Below, piece after piece: positions 19,004 to 30,513 of a DNA stretch of 64,000 nucleotides (positions within the stretch are counted from its first letter, which is position 1; the number at the start of each line of letters is the position of its first letter). The notes under the pieces are model-generated. The model was given only the letters and a program-made list of their open reading frames with translations. It had not been told where the DNA came from and searched no databases. This stretch comes from Minisyncoccota bacterium (lineage in GTDB: Bacteria > Patescibacteriota > Minisyncoccia > Phycocordibacterales > JABAAK01): positions 595,896 to 659,895 of the forward strand of contig OY764332.1 of NCBI GenBank assembly GCA_963668425.1, given 5' to 3'. The translations under genes were made by a program, and so were the position numbers.

Positions 19004-19040
19004 GAAGCCGACTTTTGCCAAGGTCGGCTTTTTCTTTTTT
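19004..19040 (+). terminator. Rho-independent terminator about 25 nt downstream of predicted TSS (attenuator or end of about 57-nt sRNA)
   Basis: AGCCGAC-ttttgccaag-GTCGGCT followed by TTTTTCTTTTTT. Confidence 0.5.
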
Positions 19041-19116
19041 GTTGAGAGGGACTCTGCGCGCGTCTCTCGGTTTTTGATGGGGATGGGATGGTTTTTAGCG
19101 GGTTACAATACTGGTA

Positions 19117-20190
19117 ATGTTTATCCATACAGCACGTGAGGGATTTGATCCTGCAGCATGTTTTGATGTAGTGCCACTGTATCAGGGGCTGTTTTTTCGG
19201 CGCTGGCAGGAACGGTATGGGCGGAAGGTGGTTACCTTGGTGTCTGACGATAGTGATGATGCGGTGCACGTGTCTGTGCAGTGTTTTGAATATGTATTAC
19301 CTGTTGTTGGGTCGTTGTGGGTTGCTCCGCTTGGTCCGATTGGCTCATTTAGATCAGAGAGTGCTGAGAAAGCGTTTTATAACGAATTGCGATCACTATG
19401 TACTGAGATTTCACCGAAGACCGTTGCCTTGCGGGTGCAGAAGGAGCCAGAATTTTCCTCTATTCGGATGGTGTTGGCAGAGCGGTCGGGCGGTAGTTTT
19501 GTGCAACCGCCTGTAGAGGAGATAGTTTCACTTGAGGAGAGTGTGGAGGATATGGTAGGTGGTTTTTCTAAGAATGTACGCCGAGTGGTGCGTCGGTACG
19601 AACAAGGGAAGTGTGAGGGTGTTCGCTTTCATATTGAGAGATCTGATTTTAAGCAGTATTTTGCCGTAGTGTATGACTTGCTTGAGCAGTTGGCACGTAC
19701 TAAGAAATTTGGCTTGCATTCTCGGATGTACTATGAAGCGTTGTTTGAGGAGTTGCAAGCACATCCGGAGAATGGTTTGCTCGTGCTTGGGTATGTTGCA
19801 GATGAGGAAAGCCCTGTTTCGTTTATGTTGGTGCTGTATACCGGATCAGAGGCGTATCATCTCCATTCTGCGGCTTCTGTCGCTGGGTATGAGTCCGATA
19901 TGCCAATACTCACGCATTATGTTGCTTTCAAGGAAGCGAAGGAGCGAGGAATGAGCCGATTTAATCTTGGTGGCATTACTTCTACTTCGCAGAGCAGTGC
20001 TGGTGATTTGTCTGTATTTAAAAAGAAGTTTGGCGGAGAACAGATTGAGCATCCGTTGTCTATGGATATTGTTGTCTCTGGTTGGCGATACGCCCTGTTT
20101 CGTTTTTTGCGGTTGCGCCTAATGCTGGCACTACGACGGTTGGTGTTGCGGTTTTATAAGATGGTTGAGGTTGAGTTGCAGGCAGAGTAG
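19117..20190 (+). CDS. FemAB-family peptidoglycan bridge aminoacyltransferase-like protein
   Basis: 357 aa; N-terminal '…FFRRWQERYGRKVV…APLGP' and C-terminal 'HYVAFKEAKERGMSRFNLGGI' resemble Fem/Mur peptide transferase fold. Confidence 0.5.
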   Translation: MFIHTAREGFDPAACFDVVPLYQGLFFRRWQERYGRKVVTLVSDDSDDAVHVSVQCFEYVLPVVGSLWVAPLGPIGSFRSESAEKAFYNELRSLCTEISPKTVALRVQKEPEFSSIRMVLAERSGGSFVQPPVEEIVSLEESVEDMVGGFSKNVRRVVRRYEQGKCEGVRFHIERSDFKQYFAVVYDLLEQLARTKKFGLHSRMYYEALFEELQAHPENGLLVLGYVADEESPVSFMLVLYTGSEAYHLHSAASVAGYESDMPILTHYVAFKEAKERGMSRFNLGGITSTSQSSAGDLSVFKKKFGGEQIEHPLSMDIVVSGWRYALFRFLRLRLMLALRRLVLRFYKMVEVELQAE

Positions 20191-20229
20191 TGCTGAAGTA
20201 GGCAAAAATTACATGTATATACCAAAAAC

Positions 20230-20262
20230 ACACCCCGCTGTTTTTAAACAGCGGGGTGTGTT
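20230..20262. terminator. Bidirectional rho-independent terminator between convergent genes
   Basis: ACACCCCGCTG-tttttaaa-CAGCGGGGTGT flanked by T-runs on both strands; identical copy at 62538-62572. Confidence 0.7.
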
Positions 20263-20313
20263 TATTTCTTCGGCTCTATCTCAATGATGTAATAGAAACT
20301 ATCTTTCTACGAT

Positions 20314-21120
20314 TTACATTCCTCTGTGTAGTCCGATTGTTTCCCATGCATCTGTGTTTACTGATCCACAATTCTTTCGCTCTGCAATAAGGCAGGTAAG
20401 GTAACCAGGGCGTATCGCACCAACTCCTTGACTTGCTCTCTCATCTCTCTTTACCTCAGTATCAGCGGTGTCAACAACAGGAGTATCAACAGTAGGAGTA
20501 TCAACAACAGGGGTGTCAGTATCAGCGGTGTCAACAACAGGAGTAGTAGTATCAACAACAGGAGTGTAGGTGTTAGATTTGCTTTCTGACAACGCACGCA
20601 CCAGATAAGAAGGGGCACTCACAATGGTTGGTGTGTATCTAGCAAAACCACTGACACGGGTTACAACAATAATTATATACTTATCGGTGAAACTCTGTTT
20701 CCATTCTGCGGCGTGTTCAGTGAATGTAGGAAGTTCTGCTGTTCTCCAGTCATAATAATCACTATCCCAGGTTGCTGATAACACTTTCTCTTCACCCAAA
20801 GGGGTAAATATGTCAGAATCTCGAAGGATGGTAGAGTTCACTGCACGGTAAGCGGCTACATCTGCAGGATCAGCCATTTTTATTTGGTAGTGTACATAAG
20901 CAGATGTTGGCAGATCTGAATAACCAGAACAAGTGAGTCCTGGAAGTAAGGAGATAGCACCCAAGGATTCAGAATCAAGATATGTTGAGCCAAGTTCAAT
21001 ATCAAGATTACATTCTGTACTCTGCGCATGAACATTTGCTGTGTGCATAGTTGCTACTGCAGTAACTACGGTAATTGCAACCACTAATACGGTAGTAAGT
21101 ATTTGTTTTGTATATTTCAT
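20314..21120 (-). CDS. Secreted tandem-repeat protein, paralog of 61711-62484 (T/P/V/D-rich repeats; conserved Cys-pair C-terminus)
   Basis: 268 aa; signal peptide …ANVHA-Q; 18-bp DNA tandem repeats at about 20440-20580 encoding TPVVDT units; C-terminus 'GAIRPGYLTC…RKNCGSVNTD' shared with paralog. Confidence 0.5.
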   Translation of the reverse strand: MKYTKQILTTVLVVAITVVTAVATMHTANVHAQSTECNLDIELGSTYLDSESLGAISLLPGLTCSGYSDLPTSAYVHYQIKMADPADVAAYRAVNSTILRDSDIFTPLGEEKVLSATWDSDYYDWRTAELPTFTEHAAEWKQSFTDKYIIIVVTRVSGFARYTPTIVSAPSYLVRALSESKSNTYTPVVDTTTPVVDTADTDTPVVDTPTVDTPVVDTADTEVKRDERASQGVGAIRPGYLTCLIAERKNCGSVNTDAWETIGLHRGM

Positions 21121-21377
21121 AATATGTTAATTTTAAGTATGTAAGTAATTAATGAATAGGGGGTTATAGGGTAGATACCCTATTAAATCTATATTTATTA
21201 TTACATACTTTTACTATTATGTCAAGTATGTATGGTGATATATGCTGTAGTAGTAGGGTTTTTTGGACAGATGTCCAGGTATCTAGGTGCTATGCAAAGA
21301 CCTATTTACACGTTTTTACAGGAAAATAACCAGTAATTACGGCATATATGCCCACAACGGAATAAAGAAAGACGGAT

Positions 21378-21391
21378 GGGGGGGGGGGGGG
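21378..21391. repeat. Homopolymeric G14 tract in divergent intergenic region
   Basis: Fourteen consecutive G between the starts of 20314-21120 (-) and 21625-22080 (+). Confidence 0.9.
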
Positions 21392-21624
21392 CGATGCATT
21401 AGCCCTATTATTACTAAGGAATTACCACATGGTGCGGTAGTATGAATTTTCGTCTCCGTGCCTAAATAGCTTTGAAATACTGGGTTTTTTGCCTGTTGCT
21501 GGACCTGCATTGTGCTATAGATACTGTCTATTTGGCGTGTGGCTTCTTCGCTGTATAGGTTGTAAACAGAGGATATGTGTAAAAGTGTGTTTTCGTGTAA
21601 TTGTTTTTGGTATAGTATTGGTAT

Positions 21625-22080
21625 ATGAGGTATTTATTATTATTAGTACTTTTTTTGATAGTTGTTGGTGTGCTTGTTGGTGTGGGTATGTATACGCCTG
21701 TGGGACAGGGAGTTGTTACTCGTATTTTTGATGGTGGGGCAGTTGAGGTGCTTCTTGATCCTTCGGAAGAAGCCGCTCGCGAAAAACAAGCAATCATTGA
21801 AAGTCGTGTTAATGAGATAGAGGATGTTAGTTTTGTACCTGACTCGTTTCTGTTTAGTGTTGATTTTATAGAAGATGAGGAAGACGGTTATTCTACTGTT
21901 GTAACGCGATTAGAGGATGGTCGGCAATATGAGATGTTCGTACATCCTTCCCACCTTCGGGATGTGAGTATTTCTTTGGAGGTTGGGGATATTATCCAAG
22001 TAGAGGTTGATTCTATAGTGGAAAGGGAACCTCCTACTCCTTCTATTCTTTATCCGATAACGATAACAGTAGAGGGGTAA
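21625..22080 (+). CDS. Hypothetical membrane-anchored protein containing a greA-derived segment
   Basis: 151 aa; N-terminal TM; 21772-21828 is about 94% identical at DNA level to greA 32648-32700 (…AAR.KQ.IIESRVNEIE…). Confidence 0.4.
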   Translation: MRYLLLLVLFLIVVGVLVGVGMYTPVGQGVVTRIFDGGAVEVLLDPSEEAAREKQAIIESRVNEIEDVSFVPDSFLFSVDFIEDEEDGYSTVVTRLEDGRQYEMFVHPSHLRDVSISLEVGDIIQVEVDSIVEREPPTPSILYPITITVEG

Positions 22081-22712
22081 TTCAAACAGATGTTGTGCTT
22101 CCATGCACTTCTCTGCCTGTAGCACTATGCATTTTCTGATAGCTTGTATTTTGCTGTATGTGGATGGGGCGATATTTGACTCTTGTATGGTTGAGAGAAA
22201 GTAATCGTTGCCATCTCTGAGATTGTACTTATTACATGTAATGGAGCATTGAAAAAAAACAAACGGGGCACTAAGAGTACTTCCTATGTGTGGAATACGC
22301 TTAGTGCCCCGTTTGCCAATGTAAAGTGTTACATCTATGGTGTATAATTTGTAATTCTTTTCGTCCTGCCATGGACTCTTCAGGCGACTGGCATCAAGTC
22401 GCGAAGTTGCTAAAACTTATCATTTCTTATCTAATATATATAATAACATATAGATTTCTGTGTGTCAACCCTTATACTATACCTCGCTTGCTAGATTAAA
22501 AAATATAGTTTTTATAAGGTTTTTTGACGAAAGTTGCCTATGTTTTTACCTTTTCTTCCTTTGAGTTATACACGTTAGGTGTAGTTATAGGTTTGCAGGG
22601 CTGGTATACTTTATTGGTATAATCGGCTTGTCGTAGGCGATTGATGTGATAGATAGGTGCAACAAGTGAAGCACACAGCAGGAGATATGTGGCGAGTGCG
22701 TTGTAGCATGTT

Positions 22713-23141
22713 ATGAATAGTAAAAAAGATATTTTTACTTTGTTAGCGATTCCGGAGTCGTCGGTCTCCTTGCGGTTTGTTCGTGCTGGTGGTCCAGGGG
22801 GGCAAAAGGTGAATAAAACTTCTTCAGCGGTTCGCCTTTTTTTTAATATCCGCTGTTTGGATGAGTCGGTACAAAAACGATTGTCTCGTGTCCCTAAGGC
22901 AAAATTGAGTAAGAATGGGACGTTGCTTATCGTTGCGCGAGAGTATCGTTTACAGCAGCAAAATATAGCCGCCGCATACCAGCGTCTTGCTGACATGCTT
23001 GCAATTGCTCGACGGAAACCAAAAGTGCGTATTCCCACTAAGCCCTCTCAGGCATCGCATGAGCGTCGTTTAACCAAGAAAAAGCAACATAGTCAAAAAA
23101 AGGCGGATAGGAAGTTTGGCTCTGTTTCGCTGTATACGTAG
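22713..23141 (+). CDS. arfB: Alternative ribosome-rescue factor ArfB (peptidyl-tRNA hydrolase, GGQ domain + basic tail)
   Basis: 142 aa; 'AGGPGGQKVNKTSSAVRL', then 'EYRLQQQN…' and K/R-rich C-terminal tail, closely matching E. coli YaeJ/ArfB architecture. Confidence 0.8.
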   Translation: MNSKKDIFTLLAIPESSVSLRFVRAGGPGGQKVNKTSSAVRLFFNIRCLDESVQKRLSRVPKAKLSKNGTLLIVAREYRLQQQNIAAAYQRLADMLAIARRKPKVRIPTKPSQASHERRLTKKKQHSQKKADRKFGSVSLYT

Positions 23142-23168
23142 GTATTTTAATGAGAGGAAGAGGAGAGG

Positions 23169-23540
23169 ATGTGGAATTGGAGTATACTGTGCGTAATGAA
23201 ATTGAAATATGGGTTGCGGATTCTGCTTATTTGGTTGGGATTGTATTTGAGTATTGAGTATTTTGATGGCATATCGCTGGAGCCAACTCAGTACGGCATA
23301 CTTGTTTCTTTTGTGCTCCTTTTTTTGCTTTTTGCTGCTGTTGAATTGTTGTTGTATCCGATGATGAAAATGTTGATACTTCCATTGCGTATTCTCACAC
23401 TTGGCTTTGCATCAATGGCGCTTTCGGTAAATTTAGTATATATTATTGCCTTTCTACTTCCATTTTTTATTGTGTCTTCGTTGTGGCAAGCGGCTGTGCT
23501 TGGTGTGGGTATCGGCTTTGTTCGGATACTAACAAAATGA
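23169..23540 (+). CDS. Small polytopic membrane protein
   Basis: 123 aa, three to four hydrophobic helices; 4-bp gap to obg. Confidence 0.3.
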   Translation: MWNWSILCVMKLKYGLRILLIWLGLYLSIEYFDGISLEPTQYGILVSFVLLFLLFAAVELLLYPMMKMLILPLRILTLGFASMALSVNLVYIIAFLLPFFIVSSLWQAAVLGVGIGFVRILTK

Positions 23541-23543
23541 GGT

Positions 23544-24500
23544 ATGTTTGTAGATGAACGAACAATCACAATAGCTGGTGGTAAGGGTGGTGATGGTATG
23601 GTGCATTGGCGTCGGGAGAAATTTGTTGCCAAAGGTGGTCCTGATGGTGGGAATGGTGGCAGAGGAGGTAATGCATATATAGAGGCGGTGCGGAATATCC
23701 GAGCACTTGAGCGATATACCGAGGGTGAGGTTCTGTGTGCAGGAGGTGGCGTGCAGGGAGGTGGTGTGTTGCGAGATGGCAGAGGAGGGCAAGATATCGT
23801 AGTGAAGGTTCCAGTTGGGTCGGTGGTGTTGAACACCTATACCTTAGAGCGGTTTGAAATGGTTGAGGAGGGGCAACGGGTATTGGTGGCGGCAGGCGGG
23901 AAGGGAGGATTTGGCAATGCACACTTTAAGAGTTCGGTGAATACGACACCTACTGTTGCAACTGCAGGACAGGAAGGGCAGTCGTATACCTTTGCTATAG
24001 AATTGCATATCATTGCGGATGTTGGGATTATTGGCTTTCCGAATGCAGGAAAGTCAACATTGTTGAATACCCTTACTAATGCGTCCGCGAGGGTTGCCGC
24101 GTATCCTTTCACTACGCTTGAGCCAAACCTCGGTATGTTTCATGTTTATACACTTGCTGATATTCCGGGGCTCATAGAAAATGCATCAGAGGGAAAAGGG
24201 TTGGGGCATAAGTTTTTGCGGCATATTTCACGAACCAAGATGCTGGTTCATTTAATTTCTGCGGAGGAGCATGATCCACTGAGAGCATACCAGACGATTC
24301 GTGATGAGTTGTCAGCGTATGATCAAGCACTTCTTAAGAAAAAGGAGATTGTTGTACTGTCTAAGGTGGATATGGTTAGTGCTACTGTTGCCGAGGAGCG
24401 TCTCAGGATGTTGCCCGAGAGTGCGCTTTCACTCACCGTACTTGATGATGAATCGGTTGTTGCGTTTAGTAAAACACTTTCTCAGGCATTAACATCTTGA
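23544..24500 (+). CDS. obg: GTPase Obg (short form, no TGS domain)
   Basis: 318 aa; glycine-rich Obg fold (GGKGGDG…GGNGGRGGN), G1 'GFPNAGKSTLLN', G3 'DIPGLIE'. Confidence 0.85.
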   Translation: MFVDERTITIAGGKGGDGMVHWRREKFVAKGGPDGGNGGRGGNAYIEAVRNIRALERYTEGEVLCAGGGVQGGGVLRDGRGGQDIVVKVPVGSVVLNTYTLERFEMVEEGQRVLVAAGGKGGFGNAHFKSSVNTTPTVATAGQEGQSYTFAIELHIIADVGIIGFPNAGKSTLLNTLTNASARVAAYPFTTLEPNLGMFHVYTLADIPGLIENASEGKGLGHKFLRHISRTKMLVHLISAEEHDPLRAYQTIRDELSAYDQALLKKKEIVVLSKVDMVSATVAEERLRMLPESALSLTVLDDESVVAFSKTLSQALTS

Positions 24501-24797
24501 GATGCCCTTTTGGGGGACTATGCCAGCTTAAAGAAGTAGCGTAAGCATATGTGATGTACACATTTTTAGCACGATGACTTGTAATAAACCTCTTGTGTCG
24601 CTTTGAGTATATCCTGTGTTGCTGTGAATATGTGCTTTTTGGTACGATAGGTGGGCTGTTGTTGTTATCTTGCGTGTATCTCGGCCTGCTGTGTTTGCAT
24701 TGCTCTCTCACAATATATTTCGGCGTAGAAGTCAAATTTTTTGTGTTTTTTGCGTTGGTTTTTTACTGTGGCTTATGTTTTCGTGATTTAGAATGGT

Positions 24798-25226
24798 ATG
24801 GTATATACTGTATGTATGAAGAAAGACACACATCCTGAGATGCATCCTGTGCTATTCCGTGATACAAGTGCGGGGGTTGATTTTATTGGTTTTTCAACGG
24901 CAATGTCTGAGGAAAAAGAGACGGTTGATGGTGTTGAGCGTTTTGTGATTCCTGTTGAAATTAGTTCTGCCAGCCATCCTTTTTATACCGGTGAGGAAAA
25001 TATTATTGATACTGCTGGGCGGGTTGAGAAGTTTAAGGCACGTGCAGAGAAGAAGGCGGCATCTGGGAAGCGCCAACGGGAGATGCAAGCCACGAAAGAT
25101 CGTGCTGCGAGAAATGTGTTGCTATCTGAGCAGAAACAGGATGCTTCTTTGGAAAAGAGAGCGACAAAAAAGACAACAAAAAAGGTGGCAAAGAGTGTGG
25201 CAAAGAAGACGGAAGCGCATCAGTAG
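24798..25226 (+). CDS. rpmE: 50S ribosomal protein L31 (type B, no zinc Cys) with Lys-rich C-terminal extension
   Basis: 142 aa; 'MKKDTHPE…HPFYTGEE…GRVEKF' matches L31 core. Confidence 0.75.
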   Translation: MVYTVCMKKDTHPEMHPVLFRDTSAGVDFIGFSTAMSEEKETVDGVERFVIPVEISSASHPFYTGEENIIDTAGRVEKFKARAEKKAASGKRQREMQATKDRAARNVLLSEQKQDASLEKRATKKTTKKVAKSVAKKTEAHQ

Positions 25227-25251
25227 TAATGATGCTTTTGCCGGTGTTTAT

Positions 25252-28261
<3,010 letters not shown>

Positions 28262-28264
28262 ATC

Positions 28265-29605
28265 TTGTGTTTTGGCGAGGCGGGTGATATACTGTTCAGC
28301 ACCGTGAAAAGAAAAACAGACAATTGGCCGAAAAGGGATATTTTGGCCAGTAAACTTAGATTTGATACAAAGAACCCTCGGTTTCAGCATGAGGTGGAAG
28401 GTTCGTTAAGTCAAAAGCAGATACATGACCGGTTAATGAAGGATTTTGATGCAATAGAACTATCTGAGCAAATGAGATCTGATGGCTTTCACAGCAGCGA
28501 GATATTGATTGTGCTTAAGGAAGGAGATGTTTTTGTTGTTTTAGATGGTAATAGGCGACTTGCTGCTTTTCGGCACGCTCATACATTAGGATGGATTCCT
28601 AATAGTCGCAACACTTTGCCTGTTACTGTGGCACCTTCAAGAGAAGAGGCAGATAAGGTAATAATTGTTAAGCATGTTGGCGCTCTTAAGAAAAATTGGA
28701 CCACTCCAAATCAGTTAAATAAGTTGCGAGAGATAGTTAGTCGTTCTCCTGGCAAAACAATAAAAGAAATAGTGGAGAAGTATCCTTCTCTTGGTTCAGA
28801 AAAAGCGGTTACAAGAAGCTTGCTAGATTTAGAAATATATAATTTGCTGATTAAAAGTGATTGGCTCAATTCTGACGATAAGGGTAAGGTGATGAAGAGA
28901 GGTATTAATATGATACACCGTTTTTACACTTCAAAGTTGGGGAAGAAGTATTTTAATTTGAATGATTTATCGTATCCTTTTGAAAAAAACAGATTGCATG
29001 GAATTATTAACGGTCGTGAGAGCCAACACATTGTTAGGGACTATATTGTGAGAAGAACATCAGCACAAATAAAAGCACCTGAAATTGAAGATATATTCAG
29101 GTTTTTATTTGATAAGCCGAATAAACCAAAAAAGAAGATTGCTCAAGCAGAAAAGAGGGCAACAGATAGAAAAAACCTTATTCCGGCTGGGTGTAGAATG
29201 GTGGTGAAGCATGGTAGGGTATCTGATATATACTTAGAGTTGCGGGATTGCATACAGGTTAATGAAGCGCCAAACGCGGTTGCCGCACTGTTTCGGATTT
29301 TTATGGAGTTGAGTTTGGATTACTATATAGAGAAAAATTTTTTGTTGAATAAAAAAAGTGCTTATGCGAGTATTAAGCAAAAGATATCTTTGGTGACTGG
29401 TTATATGGAGGAGAGGGGTGTTGCCAAAACGGAAGATTTGAAAAACGTCAGAAGAGTTGGGTCAGAGAAAAACAGTTATTTGGGTGTTGAAGTTTTTAAT
29501 GAATATATGCACTCATTGAAAACTAATCCTGAGCCGTCTGATTTGAAAACAAAATGGGATAACCTTGAGGGCTTTTTTGAGATACTTTGGAGTGATGTAT
29601 CATAA
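28265..29605 (+). CDS. ParB/Srx-fold (DUF262-like) nuclease-domain protein, about 446 aa
   Basis: N-terminal 'SEILIVLKEGDVFVVLDGNRRLAAF' (DGxxR ParB-like NTPase/nuclease motif); unknown C-terminal half; TTG/GTG start uncertain; 6-bp gap to Dam methyltransferase. Confidence 0.5.
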   Translation: MCFGEAGDILFSTVKRKTDNWPKRDILASKLRFDTKNPRFQHEVEGSLSQKQIHDRLMKDFDAIELSEQMRSDGFHSSEILIVLKEGDVFVVLDGNRRLAAFRHAHTLGWIPNSRNTLPVTVAPSREEADKVIIVKHVGALKKNWTTPNQLNKLREIVSRSPGKTIKEIVEKYPSLGSEKAVTRSLLDLEIYNLLIKSDWLNSDDKGKVMKRGINMIHRFYTSKLGKKYFNLNDLSYPFEKNRLHGIINGRESQHIVRDYIVRRTSAQIKAPEIEDIFRFLFDKPNKPKKKIAQAEKRATDRKNLIPAGCRMVVKHGRVSDIYLELRDCIQVNEAPNAVAALFRIFMELSLDYYIEKNFLLNKKSAYASIKQKISLVTGYMEERGVAKTEDLKNVRRVGSEKNSYLGVEVFNEYMHSLKTNPEPSDLKTKWDNLEGFFEILWSDVS

Positions 29606-29611
29606 AGGTGT

Positions 29612-30430
29612 ATGAAGACGCCGCTTAGGTATCCGGGAGGGAAGGCGAAGTTTTTTAATTATTTTGTTGCACTTTTGGAAAGTAAGAATGTGCAAAATCC
29701 AATATTTGTTGAGCCATATTGCGGTGGGGCAGGAGCTGCAATCAAACTTTTGTTGACTGGTAAGGTGAAAGCGATCTATTTAAATGATGCTGATAGGAGT
29801 ATTTATGCGTTTTGGCATGCTGTTCTTAATGATTGTGATCGATTGGTGAGGAAGATGTATAGGACACCAGTAACGCTTGATACATTTGACAAGCAAAAAG
29901 ATGTGCAAGCAAGGAAAGGCGCAGTAAGTTTATTTGATTTAGGTTTTTCAACCTTGTTTCTAAACCGAACTGCGTTTTCTGGTGTTATTTCTGGAGGTCC
30001 GATTGGTGGGAGAAAACAAACTAGTAAATATAGGTTGGATTGCAGATTTAATAAAAAAAATATTGCAGAAAGGATTAGAGATATAGCAAGGCATAAAGGG
30101 AGTATTGAAATTTTTAACAAGGATGCGGAGGATTTTTTGAGGTTGTCGAGAATAGAAAAATTGCCGAAAGAGAAAACTATCTTTTATATGGATCCGCCAT
30201 ACTTTGAAAAAGGTGTTCTCTTATATCAAAATAATTACCTTTTGGAGGATCATAAAAGGATTGAAAGATTTTTGAGGAATTATGATAAAAATGTCTATGT
30301 TTCTTATGATGATTGTAAGGAGATAAGAAAGATTTATGCTGTGTGGAACAAGAACAGGGTTAAGGTTCCACATTGTGCCGGGAGGTTTAAGATGGGTCAA
30401 GAAGTCATTTTGTGCAAGAGTGGTGTATAG
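29612..30430 (+). CDS. dam: Dam-family (D12 class) DNA N6-adenine methyltransferase
   Basis: 272 aa; 'RYPGGK', 'EPYCGGAGAA' (FxGxG-like), 'DPPY' catalytic motif. Confidence 0.8.
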   Translation: MKTPLRYPGGKAKFFNYFVALLESKNVQNPIFVEPYCGGAGAAIKLLLTGKVKAIYLNDADRSIYAFWHAVLNDCDRLVRKMYRTPVTLDTFDKQKDVQARKGAVSLFDLGFSTLFLNRTAFSGVISGGPIGGRKQTSKYRLDCRFNKKNIAERIRDIARHKGSIEIFNKDAEDFLRLSRIEKLPKEKTIFYMDPPYFEKGVLLYQNNYLLEDHKRIERFLRNYDKNVYVSYDDCKEIRKIYAVWNKNRVKVPHCAGRFKMGQEVILCKSGV

Positions 30431-30513
30431 TGAGAGGCTTTATTGTAAGTGATGCTTTGTATTTGATGCCTCTTATGTATTGATTGTGGTGATGTGATTT
30501 GTTGGTGTAGTGA

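Noticed and set aside
22081-22712. About 630-bp gap with a long-stem hairpin (AACGGGGCACTAAG…CTTAGTGCCCCGTT at about 22262-22312) and the 22538-23038 minus ORF
   Set aside because: The hairpin is most simply a terminator for 21625-22080. The minus ORF overlaps arfB antisense and looks non-coding. There is no repeat structure or ncRNA signature I could recognise.
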